From contig MTSL01000093.1 of assembly GCA_002794465.1 (NCBI GenBank), forward strand, positions 19,485 through 51,484: 32,000 nt of DNA, read 5' to 3'. A program made the translations under genes and the position numbers. This DNA is from Paramicrosporidium saccamoebae KSL3 (taxonomy: Eukaryota > Fungi > Cryptomycota). This document shows positions 1 to 10,725 of this stretch, in pieces; position 1 is the stretch's first letter; the number at the start of each line of letters is the position of its first letter. Under the pieces are notes generated by a model, which saw only the letters and a list, made by a program, of their open reading frames with translations, searched no databases and had not been told where the DNA came from.

Positions 1-117
1 CATCCTAATATCCGTTTAGAAGATGATGACCAATTCCTAGAGGAGAAGCGCTTCTTGTCGCAGCAAATTGTTGACTTGGCTCCTCAGAGGAGAGACGGTC
101 ATCCAGAAATGTCCTAA
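1..117 (+). CDS. 3' end of an upstream protein-coding gene (partial, product unknown)
   Basis: Frame 1 is open from base 1: HPNIRLEDDDQFLEEKRFLSQQIVDLAPQRRDGHPEMS then TAA (115-117), followed by a second TAA. No recognisable motif. Confidence 0.5.
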   Translation, partial: HPNIRLEDDDQFLEEKRFLSQQIVDLAPQRRDGHPEMS

Positions 118-304
118 TAAAGGCGTTTTGCACGACTGCCACAGTCTACAAACAGGACATTTGGCATAGTTACTAACTGATTGGGCTTGTGATTGCTGAA
201 TTTAGAAATCTTTAATACGAGTCTATTAATAGACAATGTTTGGGCAACCCATCCCGGTTATATAGGCGCAGCGGAGTAGTTGGTGGATAAATAGGGACAT
301 TAAA

Positions 305-3300
305 ATGCCACCCAACTCCCGTCGCTACCAATCGCCCTCAACACTCTTCCGACGAAAGACTCGCAAAGAGGGCAAATTGCGCCGCTGGAAGTCCGCTGCC
401 TCCAACTGGCTCAACGGCCTCCCCGTGACTCAGGAAGATTTTGATAGCTCCTCCATCCAGCAGGAATTGCATAGCTCGACTCGAGCACGACGCTCCACCC
501 GAGCAAGCATTAAGCATCACTTGAAACCAAAGAATTGGTTCCGGTCGAGGGACAATTCGATAGAGTCAGATTTGGCTATGGCGGGTACACCCGGGCCGCA
601 GCCTAATTTGGAAGACAAGAAAGAGGACGAATCTGTAAATTTGGTTTTACAGGAACCACCAGTTGATGAGCGGCCGCCGGTGCGGATTATCCAGCTACCG
701 CCTGAGCCGTTAGCACATGTACCGCTAGCAAACAAGAAGGACGATATTCACTCTACAATGGTAACCAACGAAATTCGCACAGCCAAGTATACAATGCTGA
801 ATTTCCTTCCAAAAAACATCCTGGAGCAAATGCGAAGAGTTGCCAACATTTATTTCGTCTTTATCGTCTTTCTTCAATGCTTCCCAGCCGTTAGTAATTA
901 TAACCCAGTCTTGGCGGCTGCACCTATCGTGATTATTATGGTGGTGACGGCTATTAAGGATGCGGTGGAGGATTGGAAGAGACACAAGCAGGACAACGAG
1001 GTAAACTACTCTATCGCCCTGACGCTGAATCGTCCTGACGGGGGAGCCATTGTGCAACGGGATACGCGATACCAGAGATTTGCAAATAGAATGATCCATT
1101 GGCGTGACATGACAATACGGGCTGTGCAAATTTTGTATGGAAAAATCAAAAGGACGCCGGTGCCAGTGTCCGGACGGCATCAGAAACTTGAAAAGCTGCC
1201 CGAAGGACAAGTCAATTGGAAACAAACCTTTTGGCGAGACATGCGGGTCGGCGACATTGTTCTCTTGCGAAATAACGAAATGATTCCTGCCGACGTAATG
1301 ATCCTGTCAACGTCTGAGCCTGATGGGATTTGTTTCGTGGAGACTAAAAATCTGGATGGCGAGACTAATTTGAAAATCCGGAGGTGTTTGTATGAGACGG
1401 AATGGATCAAAAGGCCGGAAGATGCTTACAACATGAAAGCCACGATTGAGGTGGACCTTCCGAATAACAATCTCTATCTCTTCAATGGCAGAATTATATT
1501 TTCCAAGGAAATCCCGTCTCCAATTAAGCAACAAGAGATGGAAGAGGCAGAGGAATTTAGTGGTATTCCAGCTCTAGAGGACGACATTGATGGAAAGGCG
1601 ATTATCACTCGATCCGAGAGTGCATTTGTGGAGCCAGCCGTGTTGCCCGTCAGCCATGAGGGATTACTTCTTCGCGGGTGCATCCTAAGGAATACTGGCT
1701 ATGTCATCGGGGTGGTAGTCTACACCGGACCACATACAAAGCTAATGCTGAATTCGGGTGGGACCCCCTCTAAGCGCACTCGGATAGAGCGGCAGATGAA
1801 TCCTCAAATCATTCTCAATTTTATCCTTCTATTCATAATCTGTGTCAGCTGTGCTATTGTACAGTCTCAATTTTCTGCATCTGCGGACACGGCGCCATTT
1901 TGGGTTTCTGGATTCGATTCGGGACTGTTGACGTCTCCGGCCTTTTTGGGTTTTTTGACATTTTGGTCTTCCCTAATTCTGTTTCAAACATTGGTTCCAA
2001 TTTCAATGTATGTTGTTGTTGAAATTGTCAAGACTGTGCAGGTATCCATCCACTATGATTTACCCTGTAGGCATATTTTATTAATAACGATACGCAAATG
2101 TACCATCCCCCTAGTGATCAACGTGCAGTTCCCAGAACATGGAATTTGGCTGATGATTTGGGTAATTCTTTCCATGATGACCTCACTCGCTAGGTCAAAT
2201 TGAGTATTTATTTTCCGACAAGACTGGAACATTGACCCAGAATGTCATGGAGTTCAGGCGATGTTCTATTGGGGGACAAGTATACGGAACTCTGACACCG
2301 TCAGAGCCAGGTGAGGCCGTAGAACTGTCAAGATCGTCTTCCGCAACAATGAGGGCGGCGGAATCGGGTAAGTGGACAACTGCCGAGTCAGAGATGGTCA
2401 CTTCTCTGCAGCAAATGCTCACCTACCCTTATGTTCCACCGAGCAAATTTTCCTTTGTCGATGAACACCTCTTCACCTCTATTCGAGAAGACGCAGAGCA
2501 GCGAGAGAAGATTTTTAGCTTTTTCCTGCTACTGACCGTGTGCCACACGGTACTAATAGATCGACCAGTGGATTCTGAGGAAGAGGAAGACTTTGTAAAA
2601 AAGTCTGACGATTTCAAGCCTCACAATCTGCTTTTCAAAGCTCAGTCCCCAGATGAAGCTGCATTAGTTTCGGCTGCCCGTGACTTGGGATTTGTGTTTC
2701 TGGGAAGAGACAAGGACTTTATTTTTGTCAGCAACCTTGGAGAAATTGAAACCATTACCGTTTTGAATGTTTTGGAATTCAGCAGCGACCGAAAGAGAAT
2801 GTCGACGATCGTCCGGCGACAGAATGGAGAAATTGTTCTAATGTGCAAGGGCGCTGACAATATTATATTTGAGAGACTGTCTCAGGATTCTTTGGAATCA
2901 CAGGTTGCTCAGCTCACGCAGAATCATTTGGAAAATTTTGCCGAGGAAGGTAATTTTGTGATACATGCGATATGATCCGTAGGGTTGAGAACACTCTGTT
3001 TGGCTCATAGGATACTAACTGAGGCGGAATATAATACATGGGTGCGACAATACAGTGAAGCATCAGCAGCTATGCACAATCGTGAGCTGTTTATGGATGC
3101 CGCTTCTGACGAAATCGAGCGTGACTTGACTCTTCTTGGTGCCACTGCGATCGAAGACAAATTGCAGGAGGGGGTGCCTGAGTGCATTGAAATGCTCCAA
3201 ATGGCAGGCATCAAGGTTTGGGTGCTAACTGGCGACAAAATGGAGACTGCCATCAATATCGGATTCTCGTGTCGACTACTGAACAAGAATATGGTCTTGT

Positions 3301-5021
3301 TGGTGATCCGTGGTTCCGATGAAGAGGAGACTTTGAAGCAATTGCGAAGCGCCTATGAAAAGATATGGAGTCGATACTTTAGTTTTGGTGACACTTCGGG
3401 CGAGCAGATTGCTTCCAATGCCACATCCTCCTTTGCAATGATTATCGAGGGAAAGACATTAAAGTTTGCCCTGGAGAAGAGTTGCCGTAAAATATTTGTC
3501 AATCTCAGCTCCAGATGCGATGCTGTCATCTGCTGCCGGGTGTCGCCTTTGCAAAAGGCCAAAGTGGTGGAGCTAATTCGGCATGGAAAGAATGTAATGA
3601 CCATGGCTATTGGTGACGGCGCAAATGACGTGAGTATGATACAGGCGGCAGATGTGGGGGTCGGGATTGCTGGCCAGGAGGGGATGCAAGCGGTCATGTC
3701 CAGTGACTATGCGATCGCCCAGTTTAGATATCTGACCCGATTGCTCCTTGTTCATGGACGGTGGTCCTACATTCGTGTTGCCGAGGTAACTCTCCTCTCT
3801 CTGTACAAGAATCTGGCGTTTGTCGTGCTCCTTTTTTGGTACCAATTTTATTGTGGATTCACGGCCCAATACGTGTATGACTACATGTTCCTGCTCTTTT
3901 TCAATATTGTGTTCAGCATCCTTCCCCTGCTGATTCTTGGCAGCTTTGATCGTGATCTCACCGACAAGTATCTGCTGAGCGTGGCACCGATCTATCAGCA
4001 AGGCATTCGACAGACGTCCTACTCGATGAAGCTGTTTATATTTTATCTCATTGATGCGCTCTACCAGTCCATTGTATGCTTCTTCATCCCAATGCTTGCT
4101 TACAGTGACACGGCCATTACATATAGCGGACAGACTGAGAATCAAACCCTCTTGGGCAATGTTATGGCACTCTCCATTATTACATGCACCAACATGTACA
4201 TGGCCATTAATACGTTTTCCTGGGTGGCAGCCATGTTTATTGGACTGGCAATCACTATCATTGCTGTGTTTGGATTTGTCCTCGTCTACAGTCTAATTCC
4301 CATGCAAAATTTGTACGGATCGTGGAGGAACTTTTTAGATCCAATCTTTTGGGCTACTATTGTTCTTTCCATTGTAATTTCTCAAATGCCAAGACTCTTG
4401 GCAAAGTATGTACAGACGATATGGAGGCCGGGTGACTTGGACATTGTTCGAGAAATCACAAAGTGGGGATTCGGCCAGGCTGACCTCTGGCGCAGTCTAA
4501 TTCCTATTCATGCGACAATGCCCAGATTGGGAGAGGTTCAGCTGGAAGATGTGATCAAAGCACCAGAAAAGGCAATGATTCGAACTGAGCCTAGAAGGAT
4601 TCTCGGAATGGAACTTGCAGACGAAATTCCCATTGAAATGGAAAAAGGCAAATGCATCGAGGTCATTGAAGAGAAACCGCGCCATCGTTTCCTACGTCGG
4701 TCTCTCGGGATGTTTAACCTCAGGACGGGACGTTTTGAGCGAATGACCGGTTTTGCCTTTAGTCAAGAAGACGGAATGGGAGAAGTGGTCACCCACAACC
4801 GACCAAGACCGACCAAAGCATTTGGGGCAGTCTTTCTCGGTGACAGCCAAGCTGAGAATTTGCGTCGAGTATCACAAATTCCTCCCGTATCGATGGGATC
4901 GTTCACCCTTCCCACCCCGACAGTTCCCATTGCGGCTGCGAGACGCGAGACTAGCAGGAGATCCAATCGAAATAGCTTCAGTTTGCACTTTCCACGTTTT
5001 TCAGTTGCCAAAGAGCGATGA
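305..5021 (+). CDS. P4-type ATPase (phospholipid flippase, Dnf1/Dnf2-like), 4 exons, ~1540 aa
   Basis: Three ORFs join via GT-AG introns 2042-2070 (29 nt), 2162-2193 (32 nt) and 2950-2982 (33 nt). Splicing restores [17 protein letters not shown] (phospho-Asp) and GLRTLC. Also [32 protein letters not shown] and multiple TM segments. Confidence 0.96.
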
Positions 5022-5098
5022 TTTAGATGAGTGGGACTGATGAATGAGATTAATGGGTTGGGTTGATAGGAAGCAAAGACTGACAAGTAAATGAGCAA

Positions 5099-5181
5099 GA
5101 CTTGGACAACCATCCACTATGGGACTTGGACAACTATCCACTATGGGACTTGGACAACCATTCGCTATGGGGCTTGGACAG
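5099..5181. repeat. 24-bp tandem repeat, ~3.4 copies, intergenic
   Basis: GACTTGGACAACCATCCACTATGG / GACTTGGACAACTATCCACTATGG / GACTTGGACAACCATTCGCTATGG / GGCTTGGACAG. Confidence 0.95.
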
Positions 5182-5339
5182 GATTCAACAAGTTGCCACA
5201 TGTGCCAAACTCGGCTAGGTTTTAATAAGCAGGGTTATACAATCGTAGATGATAATGTACAATACAACGATATTCATGGTTCATAAGACATAGAACTGGA
5301 CTTTTATTCACTACATGTTTGCTACTATCATATGGACTA

Positions 5340-5864
5340 TTAGGATGCGTTTTGGATCGGATCGACTGTTGTTGCAATCAGCGGGGACTGAGTTACTGGG
5401 ATAGGTACTGCTTCTGAAGTTGGTGACGGAGGACTGGGATGCAGTGGTACAGGCGAACGAGACCGACGTGGCGACTCTGAAGCTGCTCGACCGCCTCTCG
5501 ATGAGTCTCCTCTCTCGGGAGACCGCTCTCTCCTCGGAGACCGTCCTCTCCTCGGCGAACGTTCTCTCCTGGGCGAGCGCTCTCTCCTGGGTGACCGGTC
5601 CCTCATCCATTCCCTCGGAGGTCTCTTTGCCCACTGCACCCTCAACACACCCCCTTCAAATGACCGTCCATGCAGCTCATAATACGCATCCTCCGCATCC
5701 CGTCCGTCCTCAAACTCGACAAATGCGTAAGGAGAGGCGCCTGAGCGCGGCGCCGGGATGTCACAGCGCACCAGTGGTCCGTAGCGCTCAAACTCATAGG
5801 CCAATGTGCGTGCGCGGGTGGTGGTCGGGAGACCGTGGATGAAGAGGATGCGACGGCGACCCAT
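5340..5864 (-). CDS. srp1: SR-family splicing factor (RRM + RS domain), Srp1-like
   Basis: N-terminal RRM ([17 protein letters not shown]...[21 protein letters not shown]...[10 protein letters not shown]) closely resembles fission-yeast Srp1 as I recall it, followed by RSPRRE repeats. Confidence 0.88.
   Translation of the reverse strand: MGRRRILFIHGLPTTTRARTLAYEFERYGPLVRCDIPAPRSGASPYAFVEFEDGRDAEDAYYELHGRSFEGGVLRVQWAKRPPREWMRDRSPRRERSPRRERSPRRGRSPRRERSPERGDSSRGGRAASESPRRSRSPVPLHPSPPSPTSEAVPIPVTQSPLIATTVDPIQNAS
5518..5600. repeat. 18-bp coding tandem repeat (RSPRRE, ~4.6 copies) within the RS domain
   Basis: Units GGAGACCGCTCTCTCCTC, GGAGACCGTCCTCTCCTC, GGCGAACGTTCTCTCCTG, GGCGAGCGCTCTCTCCTG on the plus strand encode RSPRRE-type hexapeptides on the minus strand. 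Confidence 0.9.
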
Positions 5865-6038
5865 GGTCGGGGTTGGTATGAAGCGTGGATTTATTTATTG
5901 AAATCTTCATGTCGACTTTTGCAAATGTGGCATGTTGCACATTTGATAGCACCGCTTAACTTACAACAACAATTGTACAGAACTGCCGTGATAGGCTCGA
6001 TTTATAGAAAAAAGTAATTGAATTTTCTGACCTGTGGT

Positions 6039-6962
6039 ATGGAGGTGACAAGCTGCAGTCTGTTGCATGAAAAGAATATTCATAGGAAGCTGCTTCATTG
6101 CCAGTCCCCCATTAGCGCTTTGCATTTCGTTGTTGTCGCTGCGGATACTGCTTCAAATGAGGTGGAATTGGTGAACACCATCAACCAGAAAGTGGATTCA
6201 CTGGCAGCTTTTGCAGTCTCCATGTCGTTCGAGTCGCTGCTGAACCCCTCTTGGCTGGGAATTATACAAGAACATGATGTTTACGGATATTTTCAAGAAC
6301 CACGAGAAAGATATTCAATAGAACTAAAGTCCAGAAGACTTGTTGCTGATGTATCAAAGGAAATGTACGAAAAGTTAGGCATTGAGGGCACCCGTCTCAA
6401 TAAGACTGGAAGCCGCTATCGTATTGACTTTGACCTACAGGATTCGAGAATAATGACAGTTGGCCACAAATATCGAGTGAGGCTGCTCGAGAATGTGTCT
6501 CGTGTCTTCAAGGATCCTTTGGAAATGAAGCTGGTTTGTTCAGCCACTGTTTTTGGGCTCATGGCCCCACATTTGAAGGACGTTCAAATGACAGCATTCA
6601 CGTGTGCTGCGAGAACTATAGATTTACCGGTCCCTGAGATCAGTATATCGGAAGAAAATATTGCAAATAGTGATGATATGGAAGAGTGGAATTTATGGCT
6701 AGGTTCTATTGTAACGAGATCCAACGTCCTCCTCGACTGTAACAAAGTTGACCCTTTTATAAGCTCGTGTCGACTTCCTGACGGCCCCACACACAGTATC
6801 ACTCACATTCGTCTCTCCGGACTGATTTCTCCACTTCAAATTTCTGAAATCATCGAGTCGCTCCCTCTGAACAAAAGTCTCTGCATCGTTGGACAATCGC
6901 TTCAAGGTGGATTCGCCATGTACTTGGACAGCAAGAAAAACTATCTATTGGTCACCCCATAA
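6039..6962 (+). CDS. RPP40: RNase P/MRP subunit Rpp40-like
   Basis: DVSKEMYEKLGIEG...RYRIDFDL and WxLWLG...HIRLSGLISP segments resemble the Rpp40 family. First ATG is 6039 (the ORF track starts at TTG 6018). Confidence 0.65.
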   Translation: MEVTSCSLLHEKNIHRKLLHCQSPISALHFVVVAADTASNEVELVNTINQKVDSLAAFAVSMSFESLLNPSWLGIIQEHDVYGYFQEPRERYSIELKSRRLVADVSKEMYEKLGIEGTRLNKTGSRYRIDFDLQDSRIMTVGHKYRVRLLENVSRVFKDPLEMKLVCSATVFGLMAPHLKDVQMTAFTCAARTIDLPVPEISISEENIANSDDMEEWNLWLGSIVTRSNVLLDCNKVDPFISSCRLPDGPTHSITHIRLSGLISPLQISEIIESLPLNKSLCIVGQSLQGGFAMYLDSKKNYLLVTP

Positions 6963-6963
6963 A

Positions 6964-7506
6964 CTACAAGACTGGCTTTAGCACCCTCTTTGACTTTTTC
7001 CTAGGCATTGGCGCCCTCTCGTTCTCCCGCATATAGAACATTCTCAACAGTCCAACACACTCTGCCCGCCACTCCACCAGCAGAGCGACTTCAAGGGGCG
7101 GATCGACGAGGTAGGAATTGTGTACGGGGATGATGGATCCGCAGCCACCAAATCGTTCATTGTACGAGCCGAAATAGACACGAAGTAGACCCACCCTGCG
7201 TAGCGCAGCTGCACACATGATACATGGCTCAATCGTCACATACAGACTAAGCTCGGACATTTTCTCCTGTACTTCTGAGGCGTCCATGGAGGAGAGGAGG
7301 GTGTCAAGAGCTTCGAATTCGGCATGGCGCGTTGCGTTGCGCGTTTCGTTTGTCCTATTCCTGCCCTTGGCTACTATTTTACCAGTGGGATCCACTATAA
7401 CGCATCCTATAGGCACCTCGTTCACTGCAAGTGCCTCTTTAGCCTACAAGTCAGTCACTTGTCTAAAACTGACCTGCTCGAGGGCAGCCACCATATGCGG
7501 TATCAT
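6964..7506 (-). CDS. TAD2: tRNA-specific adenosine-34 deaminase catalytic subunit, 2 exons, ~170 aa
   Basis: HAE and EPCIMC zinc motifs, EVPIGCVIV. Intron 7444-7473 (30 nt, GT-AG) joins MIPHMVAALEQ to AKEALAVNEVPIG. Confidence 0.93.
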
Positions 7507-7521
7507 CAAAGACTAAACAAT

Positions 7522-8856
7522 TTATTTTTGATACAGATCTGATGCGCTCAGTTTTGGATTCAGGGCGAGAACGTTGCTCCATACATGCGTGCGAAGCATA
7601 TCGACAATCAGAACAACATGTGCAATGTTGTAGACCAAGGTGGTGGCATAGTAAAAATTGACATTACCGCTGCCCTGGTGGACCCAAAAGTACCAGTTGA
7701 CCGGTGCCAAAACGGAGACAAACAGCATCACAACAATGTTTGCATATAAGACGCGAAGTTCTACAAAATGAGGCGAGGTGGGGACGGTTGCTTGAAGTGA
7801 TCTCGGGGAATAATGGAATCATTGCCATGTAGAGGGCAGCATCGGCCACGGTGGGATAAGACTGCAGCAGCGACTGTAGTGCAATCAGAATAAATGCCAT
7901 AAATAGCGGGTCCTTCCTACACCATCAAGATTACTGGTCCAAATACTTGAATTTGATGGCAACAGGGAATGCATAGAAAAGACTGTGGATCTGAAGGAAG
8001 GCGACAAAGAGGGGACGGAAAAAATCAAACATTTCAACAAACAAATACCAATAAAGGCCTACATTCGGCTTCAAATTCTCATATAGCAGCCTTGATCCAT
8101 GCGATGTTAACATGAAACGCCATGTTCCGACCAAGGCCCATGACACTGCAAACAATCCGGCTAGTATTGCTACGAATAAGATGAGAGCCGATTTCATCAT
8201 CTACGCCGAGTAAATATCCCACTATGAAAAATGTACGTTTCGTGGTAGGAATGTCAGCACCGGCGCCAAGATGGAAATGGGATGTACTGACAAGTACGTT
8301 CCCAATGCTGCATACATTATACTCTCAAAAAGCTCCCCAACCATTGCATGATACACGGCGCCCACCAGCGTCAGATGCACCAGCCCGCTGCTACTCCTCG
8401 CTGCGCATGACAGGAGCATCAGCGGATTAAGGAGATAGGCAGCGGCGACGGATTCGACAGCGGCAGGACACTTCCGACGGGCAATGAGGACAAGGTAGAG
8501 GGCAACGAGGAGGTCGATGGCGATAAAGTAAAAGGATTCCAAGTGGAGGACGGAGATGAGGTCGGTGAGATAGACCATTAAGGGCATCTACAGAGTAAGT
8601 ATGCCGATGGAGAGGTACTGGAAGGCCACTGCCGTAGTCATAGATAGTGACTCCCGACTTTTGGAGAAATGCAACCTCTTTTACTACAATGTCAAAACAC
8701 TCCCTCGGTACTATATGGAAGCCCGACAAATGTTGTCGCCAACTCTACTCTAGTAGACAGCACATTGTACAATGCTGGGAACGCATGCAGAAACAGTCTC
8801 AGCAGCACCGCGGCCACAAATATAGCCGACAGTCTGAACCGATCTAAATCGAGCAT
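7522..8856 (-). CDS. GAB1: GPI transamidase subunit PIG-U/Gab1, 6 exons, ~392 aa
   Basis: Introns 8684-8711 (28), 8588-8618 (31), 8201-8236 (36), 7917-7946 (30) and 7761-7791 (31, probable GC-AG) give one continuous frame with RVELAT, PNVGLYWYLFVEMFDFFRPLF, SYPTVAD and GSGNVNFYYATTLVY. Confidence 0.93.
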
Positions 8857-8990
8857 GATGACCAATCACTGCCCGCACCAGAAAAGGTGAAATTCATTTC
8901 CTCAACTGTATGGATAGTAGTAGTATCCATACGGCCAGGGATTCCAATAAAGGGTCTTTTAACTTCATCAACTGTACATTATCGCTAGAT

Positions 8991-10172
8991 CTATGGCGAG
9001 CGTGGCTCAGAGGTTAGCGTATACCGTCCCGAACGGAGCTGTTTGCAGGTAATCTTTAGTTTCGCCCCGTCATCAATGCGGATCCAAATCTCTTTGGGTG
9101 TGATACTGGTGACTGTGCCAATCAGCTCGGAGGAGTCTGGCGATCCCAGGACCACAGTGTCACCTTTAGTAAACGATTCATTGGCACAGTACAACCGATC
9201 TCCACGCACAGACACTCTGTCCAAGAGCGCCTCCTCCTCTGCTTCATCGCCCGATGATTTCTGGTTTTGGGTGTTTGCCGATTGTCGTGTTCGTCGCGCC
9301 AAGCCCGCTCCGTCATCCTAAAATTCTCAGCCATAGAACGTGCAGTCTACCCGTAGAATGACGACCAAGTCTTCGTAAATTTCTGGCTCACCCAGTCCAG
9401 TGGACACTCCTAAGCGTAAAAATTAGATAAAATCCTGTGGGTTATCTTCAACACCAGTCTGTGGCTGTCTTCTCTTTCCTCCTGTCATCACCTTTGCGTC
9501 GACACCTTCGCCAGCTCGCTTTCCGCGCAGTTTCCGTTGCGCCGCCTTTCCGCCGACAATTTGGGCGGCCGCATCTAAGGGTCAACAAACCATCCATTAT
9601 ACCATTCTGTTCCTCCGCCCCGTCCTTATTATCAAGTAATCGTCTTCGATGCTCAAGTAGGTCGCCCAGAAGCTTTTCTTTTAGATTGGAACGTTCAGAC
9701 TCGTATTCGCGTTCAATCTGGTCGATTTCTGCATCAAAGGCCTTTTGAACGCATGACAGTTGATAATCGCGCAAACACGCTGCCGCCCAGAGTTGCTCAT
9801 CTAGCCGACTGCGAAGACTTTTCTTCTCTTCCAACAGTCGCTGATGGTTCTCTACAGAGTCTAAATTTGTATAATGGGAGTACCTTGGTGGGTGCGAGTG
9901 AAATCCTCGCAGATGGCACGGGCACGGGAACGTATTGAGTCGGGTATTTCAAATGGTTCCTCAACAGGCAGATTTGGGGAGCCTAGGACCGAGCTATCGT
10001 TGGTATGTTCAACGAGTTTGGAGTACTGCGATGGTGTTCCATTTGTCTCCATGGGGTCCACTACCCCCGTCGTATTGTCAGTTAAATCATAATTTCCAAA
10101 ATTTCCAAATGTTGCACCGTTGGTAGTGGTGGATGGCTTGTCAGCTTTAATTCCAAGATTGATAATATTCAT
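8991..10172 (-). CDS. SDS3: Sds3/SUDS3-like Sin3-Rpd3L HDAC complex subunit, at least 5 exons, ~347 aa (start uncertain)
   Basis: Introns 9852-9883 (32), 9575-9602 (28), 9410-9454 (45) and 9318-9350 (33) give the Sds3 coiled coil (RDYQLSCVQKAFDAEIDQIEREYESERSNLKEKLL), RKLRGKR, LGEPEIYEDLVVI and a SUDS3-like C-terminal domain. A further possible intron at 10212-10248 leaves the start unresolved. Confidence 0.8.
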
Positions 10173-10501
10173 AGGACGAAAATCGTTCAAAACTAGTGTC
10201 GGTTTTGTAGACTACAGGCGCAGATTAGTAACGAGGCCAGTGTTATACATGATTAGAGAAGCGGGACAAATGCGTAGCAATGGGACGGCGGGATAAAGTT
10301 AAGGTAGAAGATTCTATTGCGCCCACAGACCAGATTAACTCCCTTTCCACGGGTGTCTCACTCGTGATCCCCTGCCACTCGAGATATTTAACTCGACAAC
10401 TGTGAGGATGAGATGGGTATATAACAAGCCAGGGATTGTAGTAAACACGTCATTACTATTAGTCTGGCCCAAGCTGTAAAGGTAGGCATATAACAGGATG
10501 G

Positions 10502-10633
10502 GCTGATCAAAAAGTCGTCATTTTCAGTAGCAATGGGGAGGGGAGTTTGATCAAGAGGTCGTCATTTTCAGCAGCAATCGGGGGGCTGATCAAGAGATGT
10601 CGTCATTGTCAGCAGTGGGAGAGCTGGATCAAG
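10502..10633. repeat. Degenerate 39-44-bp tandem repeat, 3 copies plus a partial, intergenic
   Basis: Core TGATCAA-N(3-4)-GTCGTCATT(T/G)TCAG(C/T)AG followed by a G-rich spacer. GATCAA recurs at 10505, 10549, 10588 and 10627. No frame stays open across it. Confidence 0.9.
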
Positions 10634-10725
10634 CAACTATTATTACGGCTACTACTAATATCTCGCAGTTGTTGTATTTCTGGTTTATTGTGACTTTATG
10701 TGCCAGTCTGTAATGACCAAAGACA

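Noticed and set aside
221-234. 14-bp perfect palindrome GTCTATTAATAGAC upstream of the flippase
   Set aside because: Single AT-rich occurrence with no second copy or known motif.
5099-5181. CRISPR-like interpretation of the 24-bp or 39-44-bp repeats
   Set aside because: Eukaryotic context, no unique spacers of constant length and no cas genes.
5001-5201. Minus-strand 66-aa ORF with CPSPIVDG repeats
   Set aside because: Antisense reading of the minisatellite, overlapping the flippase stop; repeat differences are non-synonymous in this frame.
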